Below, one piece after another: positions 14,401 to 25,306 of a DNA stretch of 64,000 bases; position 1 is the first letter of the stretch, and each line of letters begins with the position of its first letter. The stretch is from NCBI GenBank assembly GCA_001179505.1, contig CDMY01000395.1, positions 310,001 to 374,000 of the forward strand, given 5' to 3'. The notes beneath the pieces are model-generated. The model did not search any database. It was not told the origin of the DNA and was given only the letters and a program-made list of their open reading frames with translations. The DNA is from Vitrella brassicaformis CCMP3155. Taxonomy: Eukaryota > Protista > Chromerida. Position numbers and translations under genes: made by a program.

Positions 14401-15507
14401 CGTGTCAATGGTTGGTGCGTGCAGACATTCGCGTTCTTCGGCACGGTGTCTGGCGGGGACATCATTGCCTCAGGCGGCAGATACGACCAGCTCATCGACA
14501 GACTGCAGAAAGGACGGTAAGCAGACCACATCAACTGATCTGTCCACTCATCCATGTGTATCCATCTGTGTGTGTGTGTCTGTCGGGGGGCACGTGCAGC
14601 TTGGGTCGGTCCTACAACATGTCAGAGTGGCCGCGGCTGTCCGCCATTGGCTTCGAGATCGCCCTCGAGAAGGTCATCAGGGCTGCCATGCAGGTACTTC
14701 CACATATAGACACGAATCGACCTGCGCGTGTGCCGTGTGTGGATGGATGTGTGTGTGGGTGTTTTGTGTGTAGGCGGAGAGCCGTCCACGCCACGCTCGG
14801 CCGCGCAAGGGCCAGGGCGGCCGACTCGCGCAGACATACAGATACTCGGATGCCAACGCCCCACAGGTCATCATCGTCTTCCTGCGCGACGAGTCATCCC
14901 TTCTGTTTGGAGCCATGCACCTGGCAAAGGAGCTACGGAAGCTAGGTCGGTCGAGTGGGCATGCAGACACACATAGACACGTGCAGCTACACCGTATGTG
15001 TGTGTGGGTGGCTTCCCAGGTATCCGTGCTGAGTTTCGGCTGACGCCCGTGTCGCAGAGCGGCGATGTGTACGAGAAGGCCAAGCTCAACACGGTCGTCC
15101 AGTGGCTCGTCCTGCTCAAACACAAGCAGGTTTGTACGCTTTCTCTCCCCCCTCCCCCCTCCCTCACACACACGAGCATCAATATCTGTCTCTGTGTGTG
15201 TGTGTGTGTGTGTTTGTGATGCAGACGAGTACATTGGCTCAGCAGAGGGAAGGGGGCGACCTGCGTTATGTGCTGAAGCCCTGCAAGAGGGCTGGCGAGG
15301 GCGGCGCGGGGGAGGGGGTCGAGCCGATGTCCAACAAACAGGACGACAGACGGGTACGTATGTCAGAACAAGATGTCGATCCACGCGCACACACAAGGAA
15401 AGCGATGAATGTCTCTGTGTGTATGTCAGGAGTTCGACAGCTGCCAGGACACGGTGAACTTCCTGGTGCATCACACGAGACACCCCAAGGCCATCACCTA
15501 CTGGTGA
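6891..15507 (+). CDS. GCN2: GCN2-type eIF2-alpha kinase (RWD + kinase with insert + HisRS-like + C-terminal anticodon-binding-like domain), dozens of short introns
   Basis: RWD-like (IQQNELEALNSI; IIVTYTPR/YPLVAPRLEV). Kinase motifs RYRSDFEEL, LGTGAFG, YAVKRI, LPRLQHVYVVRYYAAWLE, LYIQMEF, IHRDLKPSNIFLD, VKVGDFGL, VGTMFYQAPEQ, KVDIFSLG. HisRS-like GGRYDQLI and AIGFEIALEKV. Last exon EFDSCQDTVNFL...ITYW* stops at 15505-15507; start codon less certain. Confidence 0.92.
8419..8448 (+). repeat. (ACAGGC)5 intronic hexanucleotide microsatellite
   Basis: Direct reading; lies in a GCN2 intron. Confidence 0.8.
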
Positions 15508-16371
15508 CTCATTCACGAGGACCTGATGTGACGGACTCCATCCATCCATCCATCCCTACTGATGTGGCATTCATTCTCGAAGCCGCCCTGGTTGGTTGGA
15601 GCACCTCTCATGAGCTGTGAGGCGCTGTGACAAGGGGGGCCTTAAGTACGCCACAGCAGACGGTCAGAGAGGCGAAAAGACGAGAGAAACGAGCGAGTTG
15701 TGTCCGTAGTTAGCTATCTGTTTATCGGTGTGTTGTGATTCGGGCATGGGTGCTTGTGATGCGATCGAGTGGTGATGCTCGTGTACAGTACAGCTAGAGA
15801 GACAGCCTGCTATGCTACGGGCAGCGTATGCGCTTCCAGATTGAAGCGACCGAATAAATTCACGTCGGTGGGTCGTCTGTCTGTGTGTTATTTGTCACTT
15901 TATCTATCGGGACGAGGCGAACACTCGCTTACACGAGTACGGTACGAGTGTGTGTGTACGTATGTGTGTGGGATGGATGGATGGATGGATGGGAAAATGG
16001 TTTGGTTCGGTTCAACACCACCTATTTGTTGCCATACTTGATTATACATACACACACAGATGGATAGGATACACACATACATACATGGGTGTCTGTGTCA
16101 ATTGGGGACATAAATACAAAAAACGGCGTGGAGGGATAGCTAGCTAAAGATGGATGGGATATATGGGTGGGTACACTTATTGGAAGCGGCGCGCTTTGGC
16201 ACCCACACACACACGAACACGCAATGGGATAACAAATACCAACCTCACCTACCCTGCTGCCACTAATTGCTGTAGTCGGTCGACAAAACACCACGCCCGA
16301 GGTGTGTGTGCATCGTCATGCATTCATGAAAGAAGTATTATCCAACACGCCGCACGTCGGAGAACGTCACA

Positions 16372-17611
16372 TCACACCGTCGGCAGCAGCTTCTGCACCA
16401 AGAATAGCTCCATGCCCAGGTCGAAGAGCTTCGACTGACAGACACAACAACCATGGGACACAGCAGACACACACAAGGATGGACACAGGCACAGGTGTGT
16501 ATGGTATGGGTGGGCCCTTTGTGTGTGTGTCTCGCTCACTCACCAAAGGGTCGTCTTTCATATTAGAGCGCATGGCGAATTCGTTGAGGGACTTGCTCAG
16601 CCGGTCAGGCACCACCGTCCTGTCATCCTGCCCATCCACACAAGACACAGACGCACACACTCATCAGTGCAACACGTACAGAAAGGACCCCTGCTGACTT
16701 ACGCCCTTCATTTTGAGCACCGACGACACGGCCCCCGCCACGTTGTTGAGCCTGCCCTTCACAGGATCCGTCAGATCGACATCTCCATCACCGCCAAACA
16801 GCACATCCGCCGCGGCCATCAGCGGCTCGACATTCGTATCCTCCTCCTTCGCTTCCTCCATCTTGTCGGCATCAACATACTCACCAGTGAGCTTGCTCAT
16901 GACTTTCTCGGCCTCACTGAGTTTGTTCACGACTTTCTCGGCCTCGGCCTCACCGACGGCCCCCAGAGCGTCACGCAGCCGCCCCCGCAGCTCCTGCACG
17001 GACCCCGTGAGCGTCTCGTCGCCTTGCAGGATCTCCATGACCTCCTCGCCGAGCTCCATGAACGACACACCCGTAGCCTTGCTGAGGTCTGTGAGCAGCT
17101 TCCCCGCGTCACTGGCCAGCAGCTCGGCCTCTCTCAGCGGGGTGCCCCTGCCGGCCGTCCTGATGTGCCGCAGCCCCTCCTTGAACGCATCAAGGTCGCT
17201 GCCGAGGGAGGTGGTCCTTCCGCCCTGCTCGTCCAAGTCGAAAATGAAATCGATGATGTCGCCGTCGAGGAAGTCGTTGTCAAGCGCGTCGAGCAGCGGC
17301 AAATCCAAGAGGGAGCCGGGACCGTCCTTGTCGAGGAGAGACAGCCGGCCGGTCGCGTCGTCGTTCGCTGCGGGGGCGTTGTCATTGGCTGCAGGGGGCG
17401 GTGTGACGTTGGCTGCCTGGGTCAGCTCGTCGTCGGCTGCAGGGGCAGGCGTGACATCGCTGGCCTGGGCTGCTGCTTCTCCTTGCTGGTCAGGGCCGTG
17501 TGGGAGAATGCGTGACTCGAGGAAGGGAGAGGGGATGAGGAACTCGGAGGGCGCCATGTCTGCTCCACATGCCAGCAGCAAAGACGAGACAAGAGCCAGC
17601 ACCAGCATCAT
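16372..17611 (-). CDS. Secreted acidic hypothetical protein (3 exons)
   Basis: Signal peptide MMLVLALVSSLLLACGA, Ala/Pro/Asp repeats, helical C-terminal half; spliced end ...KG/DDRTVVPDR...DPL/SKLFDLGMELFLVQKLLPTV*. Confidence 0.75.
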
Positions 17612-17780
17612 GGCGTTCAGAGGAGAAGAGAAGGAAGCGCACAGAGAAGGAGGAGATAATGAAATACGACGAACAGAAACGGCCTTTTGCTGTACGCGAG
17701 GTAAACTTCGCTCAACGGTCATGTCCTGGCCAAGGCTAGGATGATGTCTTTTCTCATGCGCATGAATCAAGAAAGTGTCA

Positions 17781-18459
17781 TCATCCGTTCTCTGTGAGGT
17801 GTCGGCCAGGCAGCAAGACGCTCCCACGGGTCTGCTGCAGCTCAAGAAGGGCCAGCACAAGCGGCACGGCGGCGCCCACCGCCATGGCCATGGCAGCAAC
17901 AGGCAGCAACAGGAGGCCAACGAGAGGGCACCTGCACTGGGTGTGGACCAGTTCGACGCCATTCTGATCTCTGCCATTCTGCTCTCTGCCACGCGGGCGA
18001 GTAGCTATGACAGAACCTGCAGAGGGCGGCCCCATATGACGATACCCTCCACACCTCTGGAATTTGGTCGACTTTGTTGAGCACGACCACCATGGGCTGG
18101 CACTCCTGCGTCTATGTCTGCACCCCCTTGGTCGCGTCAATCACCAGCAGCACCGAATCGATGATGCGCGCCCCCCCGATAATGGTCTTGATCAACGAGG
18201 CATGGCCAGGACAGTCCACCAAGCAGAACTGCAGCTCCCTCTCCCTCTCCCTCTCATCAGCAGCCTCATCAGCACCCAGATTGGTCTTGACAAAGAAGGC
18301 AGAGAAGCCGAGGTCAATGGTGATACCGCGTTCCTGCGACTGGGGGTGTTTGTCGAGGGCTGCCGTGGACGTCATGCGGCTGAGCGCCCGCACGAGGCTG
18401 GTCTTGCCGCTGTCGACGTGACCTAGCACACCCACGTTGACGTTCAGCCGACGAGCCAT
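17781..18459 (-). pseudogene. EEFSEC: Truncated selenocysteine-specific elongation factor (eEFSec/SelB) G-domain with in-frame TAG
   Basis: NVNVGVLGHVDSGKTSL, LDKHPQSQERGITIDLGFS, LVDCPGHASLIKTIIGGARIID are eEFSec-type. Reads KGVQT*TQECQPMVVVLNKVD with TAG at 18112-18114, about 8 codons are missing after EC, and no domains II-IV are seen before the next gene. Confidence 0.8.
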
Positions 18460-18817
18460 CGGGACGGAACCGTGCAGATCTGTCGACACACACATGCACA
18501 TGCATATGCATATCGATGACCGTCGACGTCAAGGTGTCCGTAGAAGATCTGACCTCGGTGTCGGGCGCTCCTTGTCAGATGAAAACCTGCAGATCAGATG
18601 GATAACAGGAGGACACATCAACATGTGAAGTCTGTTGCACATCCGTGCCATCATCATACATACGCACCTGACCGGTGGTCTCCACGGCACACAGGTGCAC
18701 GGCAGATCCGCGCTGCACTTTGCCGATCTCTTCACGTTGATCAATGCCCTTGCCGCCTCCCTGCCGCAATCTGGCAGATGAGATCCGCCATCCCTCGGCT
18801 CCCAACAACTCCCCAGA

Positions 18818-18838
18818 CTGCGAGCTCAGCTGCGAGCT
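18818..18838 (+). promoter_or_regulatory. Tandem CTGCGAGCT x2 in the divergent promoter between eEFSec and family copy 3
   Basis: ctgcgagctcagctgcgagct read directly. Confidence 0.45.
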
Positions 18839-18958
18839 TTTGAGCTCTCTTTCCACACACACGAAGAGAATGTAGCATGGCGACAGCAGAGGTGTGCAGA
18901 TCCTGTTGAAGCCACAAAACAGCACTCCGATTCATAGCTTTCGCGACTTGGCTGCACG

Positions 18959-20944
18959 ATGGCTGCCAGTGTCGCCGCCCAGGTGAGAAGAGGGAGCTGC
19001 AGGCCAGGCAAATCCCTACATCATGACGTGAATCACTTGTGCTGTCTGTGTGGTTTGTCATTCGGTTTGGTGCAGATGAGCGCGGTGATACGGGCGCAGC
19101 TGCTGCCCCGGGTGGAAGGCTATCGGCTGAAGCAGGCTCAGGTATCAGCTGACCAACACACATACCGACTCGTCCATTCCATGCAGCGCATCCAAAGCTC
19201 ATCGGCTGCTTGCTTGTGTGTGTGGTGTGCAGGTCAACAGCTGCATCGACCAACTTCTGCAGATGGACACCGCGGCTTCGATGGCACCACTGGTGCGGCA
19301 GGCTGCCAAACACACCACACACCACAAGGCCCTCTGTGTGTCTGTCGAGTCTACTTTGCTTGGCGTCGCTCTCGTCGTGTTGTGTCATTCGTCAGATGGT
19401 GGCCAAGGTGAGTCGTCAATTTGCTGCCGTGTCGAACCTGCTGGCCGAGTTGGCAGAGACCATCAACTCGACCATCGCACTCACAAGACATCGCCGCACA
19501 CAGGTGAGTGGGGGAGCGACCACAGGCAGGCACAAACACAAGGCCCACACTGATGTGGTGTGCACCTCTTATGTGCTGTGTGTGTGTATGTCCTTCTGTC
19601 TGTGTGTCATCAGGCGCGACGGTGGCACCTGACTGACATCCCTGCCGAGCCCATGAGCGTCATCCTGGAACTGTCTGACCTCACCACCATCGGCCGATTC
19701 AAATCGACAGCCCGCCACTTCACCAACGCCGTGCGGCCGATCGTCCGCCGGCTTCGGCTGCCGAAGGCCATCGAGCGGGCGGGGGTTAGTGGTGTGGTGC
19801 AGTTCGACGATCAGCTGAGCCACGGCGAAGTGATGAAGGCCATGTGGGTGGTGGAGGAGGGGGGCGAGGGCGGCTGGGGGGAGGTGGCCGACACACTCAG
19901 AGTCGCCGAGCATTCGGGCTATTGCCAGCTGCTGGTCATTGTTGGTGCTGGAGCTCTGCAGACACACGCCACCAAGGCGGTAAGCACGACACACAGAAGA
20001 GGCAATCGGTGAGCTGCTGGATGTGTGTGTGTTGGCTGCAGGATTTCTTGGCGCTGCCCCGTTTCTTTGCGCAGTGGATGCTGGTCGGCCGCCGTGTGCC
20101 CTTCCGCCGCCCCACTGGCCAGCATGACGGCACACTCGAGCTGTTCCGCCACAACAACAACGAGATCCGCGCCATCCGCAACGAGCCCAACTTTACTATC
20201 ACACTCAACCCGCCCCTCCCCCTCCCCGGCCGCCCCGTCCATCCCTTCTCGCAGCACCCCTTCACCCACCACGCCAAGCCACACGACCCGCCAGTCCGCT
20301 GCCGCTTCTGCTGGCAGCCTGGTGTGGGCTGGATTTCGATTGGCGTGTATGGGGCCGTTGACGCATTGGCGAGCTCCATGTTGAAGCGTCGGATGCTGCA
20401 ATACCGGTTTGAGGCTGTGGGCGGCTTCACCGACTCGCCAACAGTGGTGGTGGACCGGTGAGAGGATGGACGGCCACACAATGAGAGGGCGAATGGCTAT
20501 TTGGTGCGCTATTGATGTGTGTGTCAGGGGTGTGCGTGGCGGCCACCTTGACCGCATCATAACTCGATCGCCACACACGGCCCTTGACGAGTGCTCAGAC
20601 GTGACGGCATTTGAGGGGGCCAGTGGGCGGTGTGGGTAGGTGCATGTTCTGACGTCATCCAACGACCCAGTCATCGCAGAGATTTTCTTCGTCATTGCCC
20701 TAGGCAACAACCAGGACGGTACGTATACACATTCACAGCATATGTTCATGCTTTCGTCTCGTCTGATCATCTGCTATGCTGTTGTCTGCATGCAGTGCGC
20801 ATCTTCATCGCTACCAGCGAGGTGCGAGCAGCGGGTGTCCCTCATGACGCCCCCTTCGCCCAACGATTCCCCCTGACGGCCGCCAAAGCCCGTCGCGTCC
20901 TCGGGCCCATCGCGGCCATCGTGCTTGACGGCCAGGCGCCATGA
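18959..20944 (+). pseudogene. Dispersed gene family copy 3, disrupted by one nonsense codon
   Basis: All 8 exons are otherwise in frame; CAG>TAG at 20637-20639 (SGRCG*VHVL vs SGQCGQVHVL and SGWCGQEHVL in copies 2 and 4). Confidence 0.85.
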
Positions 20945-22296
20945 TCATGAAGGTGAGAGCCACCCAGATGATGCAGACATGCATATAATGGTGTGCCTCC
21001 TGTGTGTTGGTTTCTGTCATGCAGGATGGTCGTTTGGCTCGAAGGATGACCCGCTTGACTGGGCGGCTGACTGGCTGGCGGGCTGTTAGTGGGATGGTGT
21101 GTGTGCAAGTTGGCTGCATGTGGTGCGTCCGGCCGAATGGGATGGACTCATCCGTGGAGTGGACGCGTGTGTGTGCAGACAGACAGACAGACAGACGGAC
21201 AGACAGGTGCATGTGAGTGAAATCCATCCGTGACAGAGATGGAAGGCATAGGAATGCACGAACCATTCATTGTGGCTCAATAATATTGCACTCTGCCAGA
21301 GTCAGCTCGGCCGCTCAGCTCGCTCAAGTCAGCTCAACCACAGTGGCCATTCGCACTCGGCTCGCGCCCCGCTGATTGGCATGGCAGCCATGGCTACTGC
21401 TTTGTGTCCTCCCGTGTATGGTCTTTTTTGGCGACCGTGTGAATCATAGGTGTTTTGCTCGCGTCCGGGGTCGTCAGCCTGTGTCTCAGCGGGTGGGCGA
21501 AATGCGTTTGTTGGCGTGTGTGTCTCAGCGGGTGAGTGGTAGGCAATACAACTCTGTGTTCACAGGACATCATACACAGCCTGCTGCCCATGTGTGTCCA
21601 ACGGCTTGAAAGACCAACACTCAGCCGCCAAGGCGGTAAAAATCAGCTGAACCAATTGACCACTTGCTTGAGCCGAGCATCGTGCTCCTTAAAGCATTCC
21701 ATTCCACCCATACACCAGGGGATGCCATGGCTATTCCCGCATCCTCGGCGCAATACATAAACACGTCTCACTCCCTCCCCTATGTCTCTCTGCAAAAATG
21801 TCTCTGAGAGATGGAGCTGAAAAAGAAATGACCGCATTCATGTGCGGGGAGCTTCCGGCAAGGCAAGGCATGGATTGGATGGATATGGACATAAAGAACG
21901 GGTAGTACAAATAAGTACATAAACCACAAATCCAGACTGAGGGCCGAACACACAACACAACACGAAAGTATGGAAGCCGCGAAGGCGATGTGAAGTAGAG
22001 ACACGCAAGAGAAAAGTACGTCGCGCACAGACGGCAGGCCCACTGTCATCACTTTGACGCCTGCACGCTGGCCTCTATCGAATTGCATACCTCGCGAGCA
22101 GCTCAACAGCTACGCAGGCAGGCGCCCCCCCTCTCGCTCTCTACCCCCCTCTCTTCTCTCAGAGTGGCCCCGCCCCGAGGATCAAAGGGATCTTCAGCCC
22201 CTCTGGCACGACCTCAGACTCCCTAGTAGACACACATACACACACAGAATCATACACTCACTCACAGTGCTGGCTGTGTCGGTGTGGGTCTCGCGT

Positions 22297-24827
22297 CTAC
22301 CAGACGTAGGTGAACTTGCCGACGGTGATGGAGTACAGAAATAGCCTGTCGCCCAGGTCGTCGATGAAGTCAAAGCCCAGTCCAAAGTCCTCCGTTTCGA
22401 CCTCCGCAGATCCCTGTGGGATGCCGTCGCCGCCCACACCGGCGCCCACTTGGACGTACGTGACGCCCAGGACGCCGAAGCCGACCTGGATGAACACCTC
22501 TGTGTTGGCTGGATCGGGGAAGTCGCCTAGAACACACGCACGCACGCGCACACGCAAACGGGACAGAGCCAGGTGGATAGACCAGACGACTCGTCCATTC
22601 CTTACCATTGAGAACCAACTGGTATCCGTCGCCCCAGTTCCCTGCAGACCACGGATACTCACATGTGTCGGGTTTCTGGGTGCGTGGCGCATCCCCTACC
22701 CTGGAAGTCAGTCTCTCTCTCGTCGAAGTCCCGCAGCACGGAGAATTGATATCCCAGAACGCCGACGCTGACGGCGTATTCGGTGTCCTGAACATCTTGC
22801 CCCACTGCCACCGCCACCGACTTGTAGCCCGCAAACACCTCCGTGGCAAGCTCCTCATCGTCATCTGTCGTCGGGTCATCGAAGTCGTTGAAGTCGTGCC
22901 TTCGGGTGGACGATGAGAGGACGGATCGAGTATGAAGTGCATGAGAATTGTTAGTGTCTGCTGATGTCTGACCTGACGGCGACCTCGGTGTTCCTGACTT
23001 TGACGCGCTGCCCGTAGTCTCTGTCCAGGATGTCGACGTTGGTGCCCGTCTCAACGCCCCTCGCCACCACCTCGACCGCTGTCTGACGGTCGTCGGCGTC
23101 TTGGTCAACCTGATCGAGGAAACAGACGACACCAAGGGATGATGAATGGCCTCTCTCCTTACCTCCCCCCGTCCATCGATGTGTTTTTCTACTTACTCGG
23201 ACACTGTATGCCCCGTACGCGACGCCCGCCCCCGCCTCGGCGTCACTCTCGTCCGACGAATACGAGATCGCGAACTTGCCCACTCCCGCATTCACGCTGA
23301 CCTCCCGCTCCTTCTTGCCGACCCCCACGCCGACGAATGCCAAATCGTTGCCGACCTGCACTGCAGTGTCGCCGCCGGCCTCGATGTCTCTCCCCCATTG
23401 AACGCTCCAGTTGTCGTAGACAATCTCGTTGGACACCTCGGTGATGAGGGTCTGAGTGCCGGCACGTGCCCATGGGTTCTGCGCCACGGTTCCGAGAGCA
23501 GTAGGGAGAAGACCTTGGCCTTCCACCTCCCCGCTGGTCGGCAGCGACGTGACGACTGCGGGCTTCTGTACTGCTCCCGCGTCTGTGTCATTCCATGTCT
23601 GTAGCCTCCTCCTTCTCTTGAGGGCGGTCTTGCTGAAGCGGCATTGCTCATCCACGGAAGTCTTCTGGGCGAAGGCCGTCATCATGCACTGGACCTTGAT
23701 GCTGTCATGGCCGTGGAGAGACATCGGCTTCATCGAGAAGACGATCCTGCCGGGGTCTTGCACGCGCACACGGAAGTCCAGCTCGTCGCTGACAGGGCAG
23801 CCATTGACGACCAGATGGTGGACGCAGGCAGGGTCGGTGCTCTGATAGCCTTCGGGACAGAGGGCGTCACACAGCATGGGCCAGGGGTGGAAATCGCTCC
23901 CGACGACGCTCGACTCAAACACAAAGGAGCTGACACATACACACACACAAAGAGTCACGCTGCCAAATGGAAGTTGTGTGAAGGATTGCAGACCCTCACG
24001 CTTACTCGTCGTCGTTGGGGATGTGGATCGTCATATTCTCGCCTGCCAAAAGGCCGCTGGAGAGCATGTGCCCCTGGGCTACAGCCTTCATCTCGGTGGC
24101 CAGCGTTTTGTTGCCGTCGAAGGCAATCAGCGCCTGTGTGCTGCTCTCCCACCTGGCCGTTGGGTGGCACTGACCGGTCTCCTTGTGGCACGCACAAGTG
24201 ACGACGGCATTGTTACTCGCACCATACACGCGGAGCACCTGCACACAAACGACAGACACAGGCAATCGCAGGTAGGTCATTTCCACAAACTACAGGCAGG
24301 CTGTTCTCACTCACGTTCGTGTGGTAGACATATCGGTCGCTTTCGCTTGTCGCCATCCCGCACTTCCCCGGCCAAGCAGAGAAGTCCACAGATGCGATCA
24401 GTGCATGCGCAGGGGAGAAGAAGTCCTCAGCAAAGGTGGCGCCACAATCGGGGTCAGCAGTGCTGTTGCGGAAGCCCCCTCGCCGGGCGCCTGAGAGAGC
24501 CGGGTCGCTCGCGACGGCCACAGCGGCGGTCATGCGCTTGTCGGTGCACCAGGCGACGGGAGGGAATCCCTTGGGAACACCCTTTTTCTTCAGCCAGTCA
24601 GAAACAGACCACTTCTCCGTTTTGCCTTTCCCCGCCTCCTTCTCGGCTGCCGTCGGTTGTCGCCCATCAGGATGTGCAGAAGCAGCCTCCACAGCCCCCT
24701 TGTCGAGCCGCCGCGCTCCTGTTGCCGTTGCTGGAGGAGACTCGTCGTTTCCTCGGTCGCTGTATGCGTAGCTTCGGGCGTGGACGGAGATGAGCAGCGA
24801 CACGGCGACGAAGGGCAGATAGTGCAT
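22297..24827 (-). CDS. Secreted multi-exon protein: Cys-rich N-half, RRL motifs, beta-hairpin-repeat C-half ending in Trp
   Basis: Signal peptide MHYLPFVAVSLLISVHA; ORF pieces 24213..24827, 24002..24286, 22951..23958, 22659..23135 and 22297..22692 share the strand and are flanked by splice sites. Confidence 0.75.
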
Positions 24828-25306
24828 GACATTGACGGTGAGTGAGGGGCCGAAAAGGGGCGGGGATGGCAGATGTGTACGGGATCGACGCTCCTCAAGA
24901 GTTTACCTTTGGCCAAGATTTTGCTGAGTTGTCCCGGCGTAGCGAAAAGAATTAAGACAATAGGGGGTGCGCGAAGCGTCAAGACTGGAATAATGTGTTG
25001 CGCGTTCAGTGCGTTCATCACCATGGCCATAAAAGCCCGACACGGAGAAAGGACGTGTGTTGTCACTGCAAGAGCCAAAACGGTGCAGTACACACTCCCC
25101 CCACTCCCTCCTTCCTTCCCCCTTGATCACAATGACTGACTACCCCCATTTCATTCAAAAAGCCTTCCTTATTCCACACAAAAACAACACAGGGACCAAG
25201 ACACTTACATGAATCAGAGATGCAAACGAGACCAGGACATAAACCGCCAACTAGAAAAGGCAGGCCGACGGACGTCCCATTGTATGTCTGTCAGACTCTG
25301 TCTGCA

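Noticed and set aside
16523-17744. Long plus-strand ORFs of 330 and 343 aa, and many similar antisense ORFs across the window
   Set aside because: They are shadow frames of GC-rich coding exons on the opposite strand; the Cys/Val/His/Thr-rich ORFs are translations of (TG)/(CA) intron repeats.
18103-18120. An 18-nt GT...AG micro-intron that would remove the eEFSec TAG
   Set aside because: Far shorter than any other intron here, would delete conserved residues, and would not restore the missing downstream domains.
18112-20639. Two TAG codons at conserved Gln positions (eEFSec and family copy 3) suggesting TAG=Gln recoding
   Set aside because: TAG is used as the genuine terminator in nearby genes (ISN1, family copies 1, 2 and 4), and both loci or their paralogs show other decay; simple C>T nonsense mutations explain them.
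2073-20639. RIP-like mutagenesis of the repeated copies
   Set aside because: The point lesions are C>T on one strand but in mixed contexts (CpA and CpC), and several lesions are indels; there are too few sites to claim a bias.
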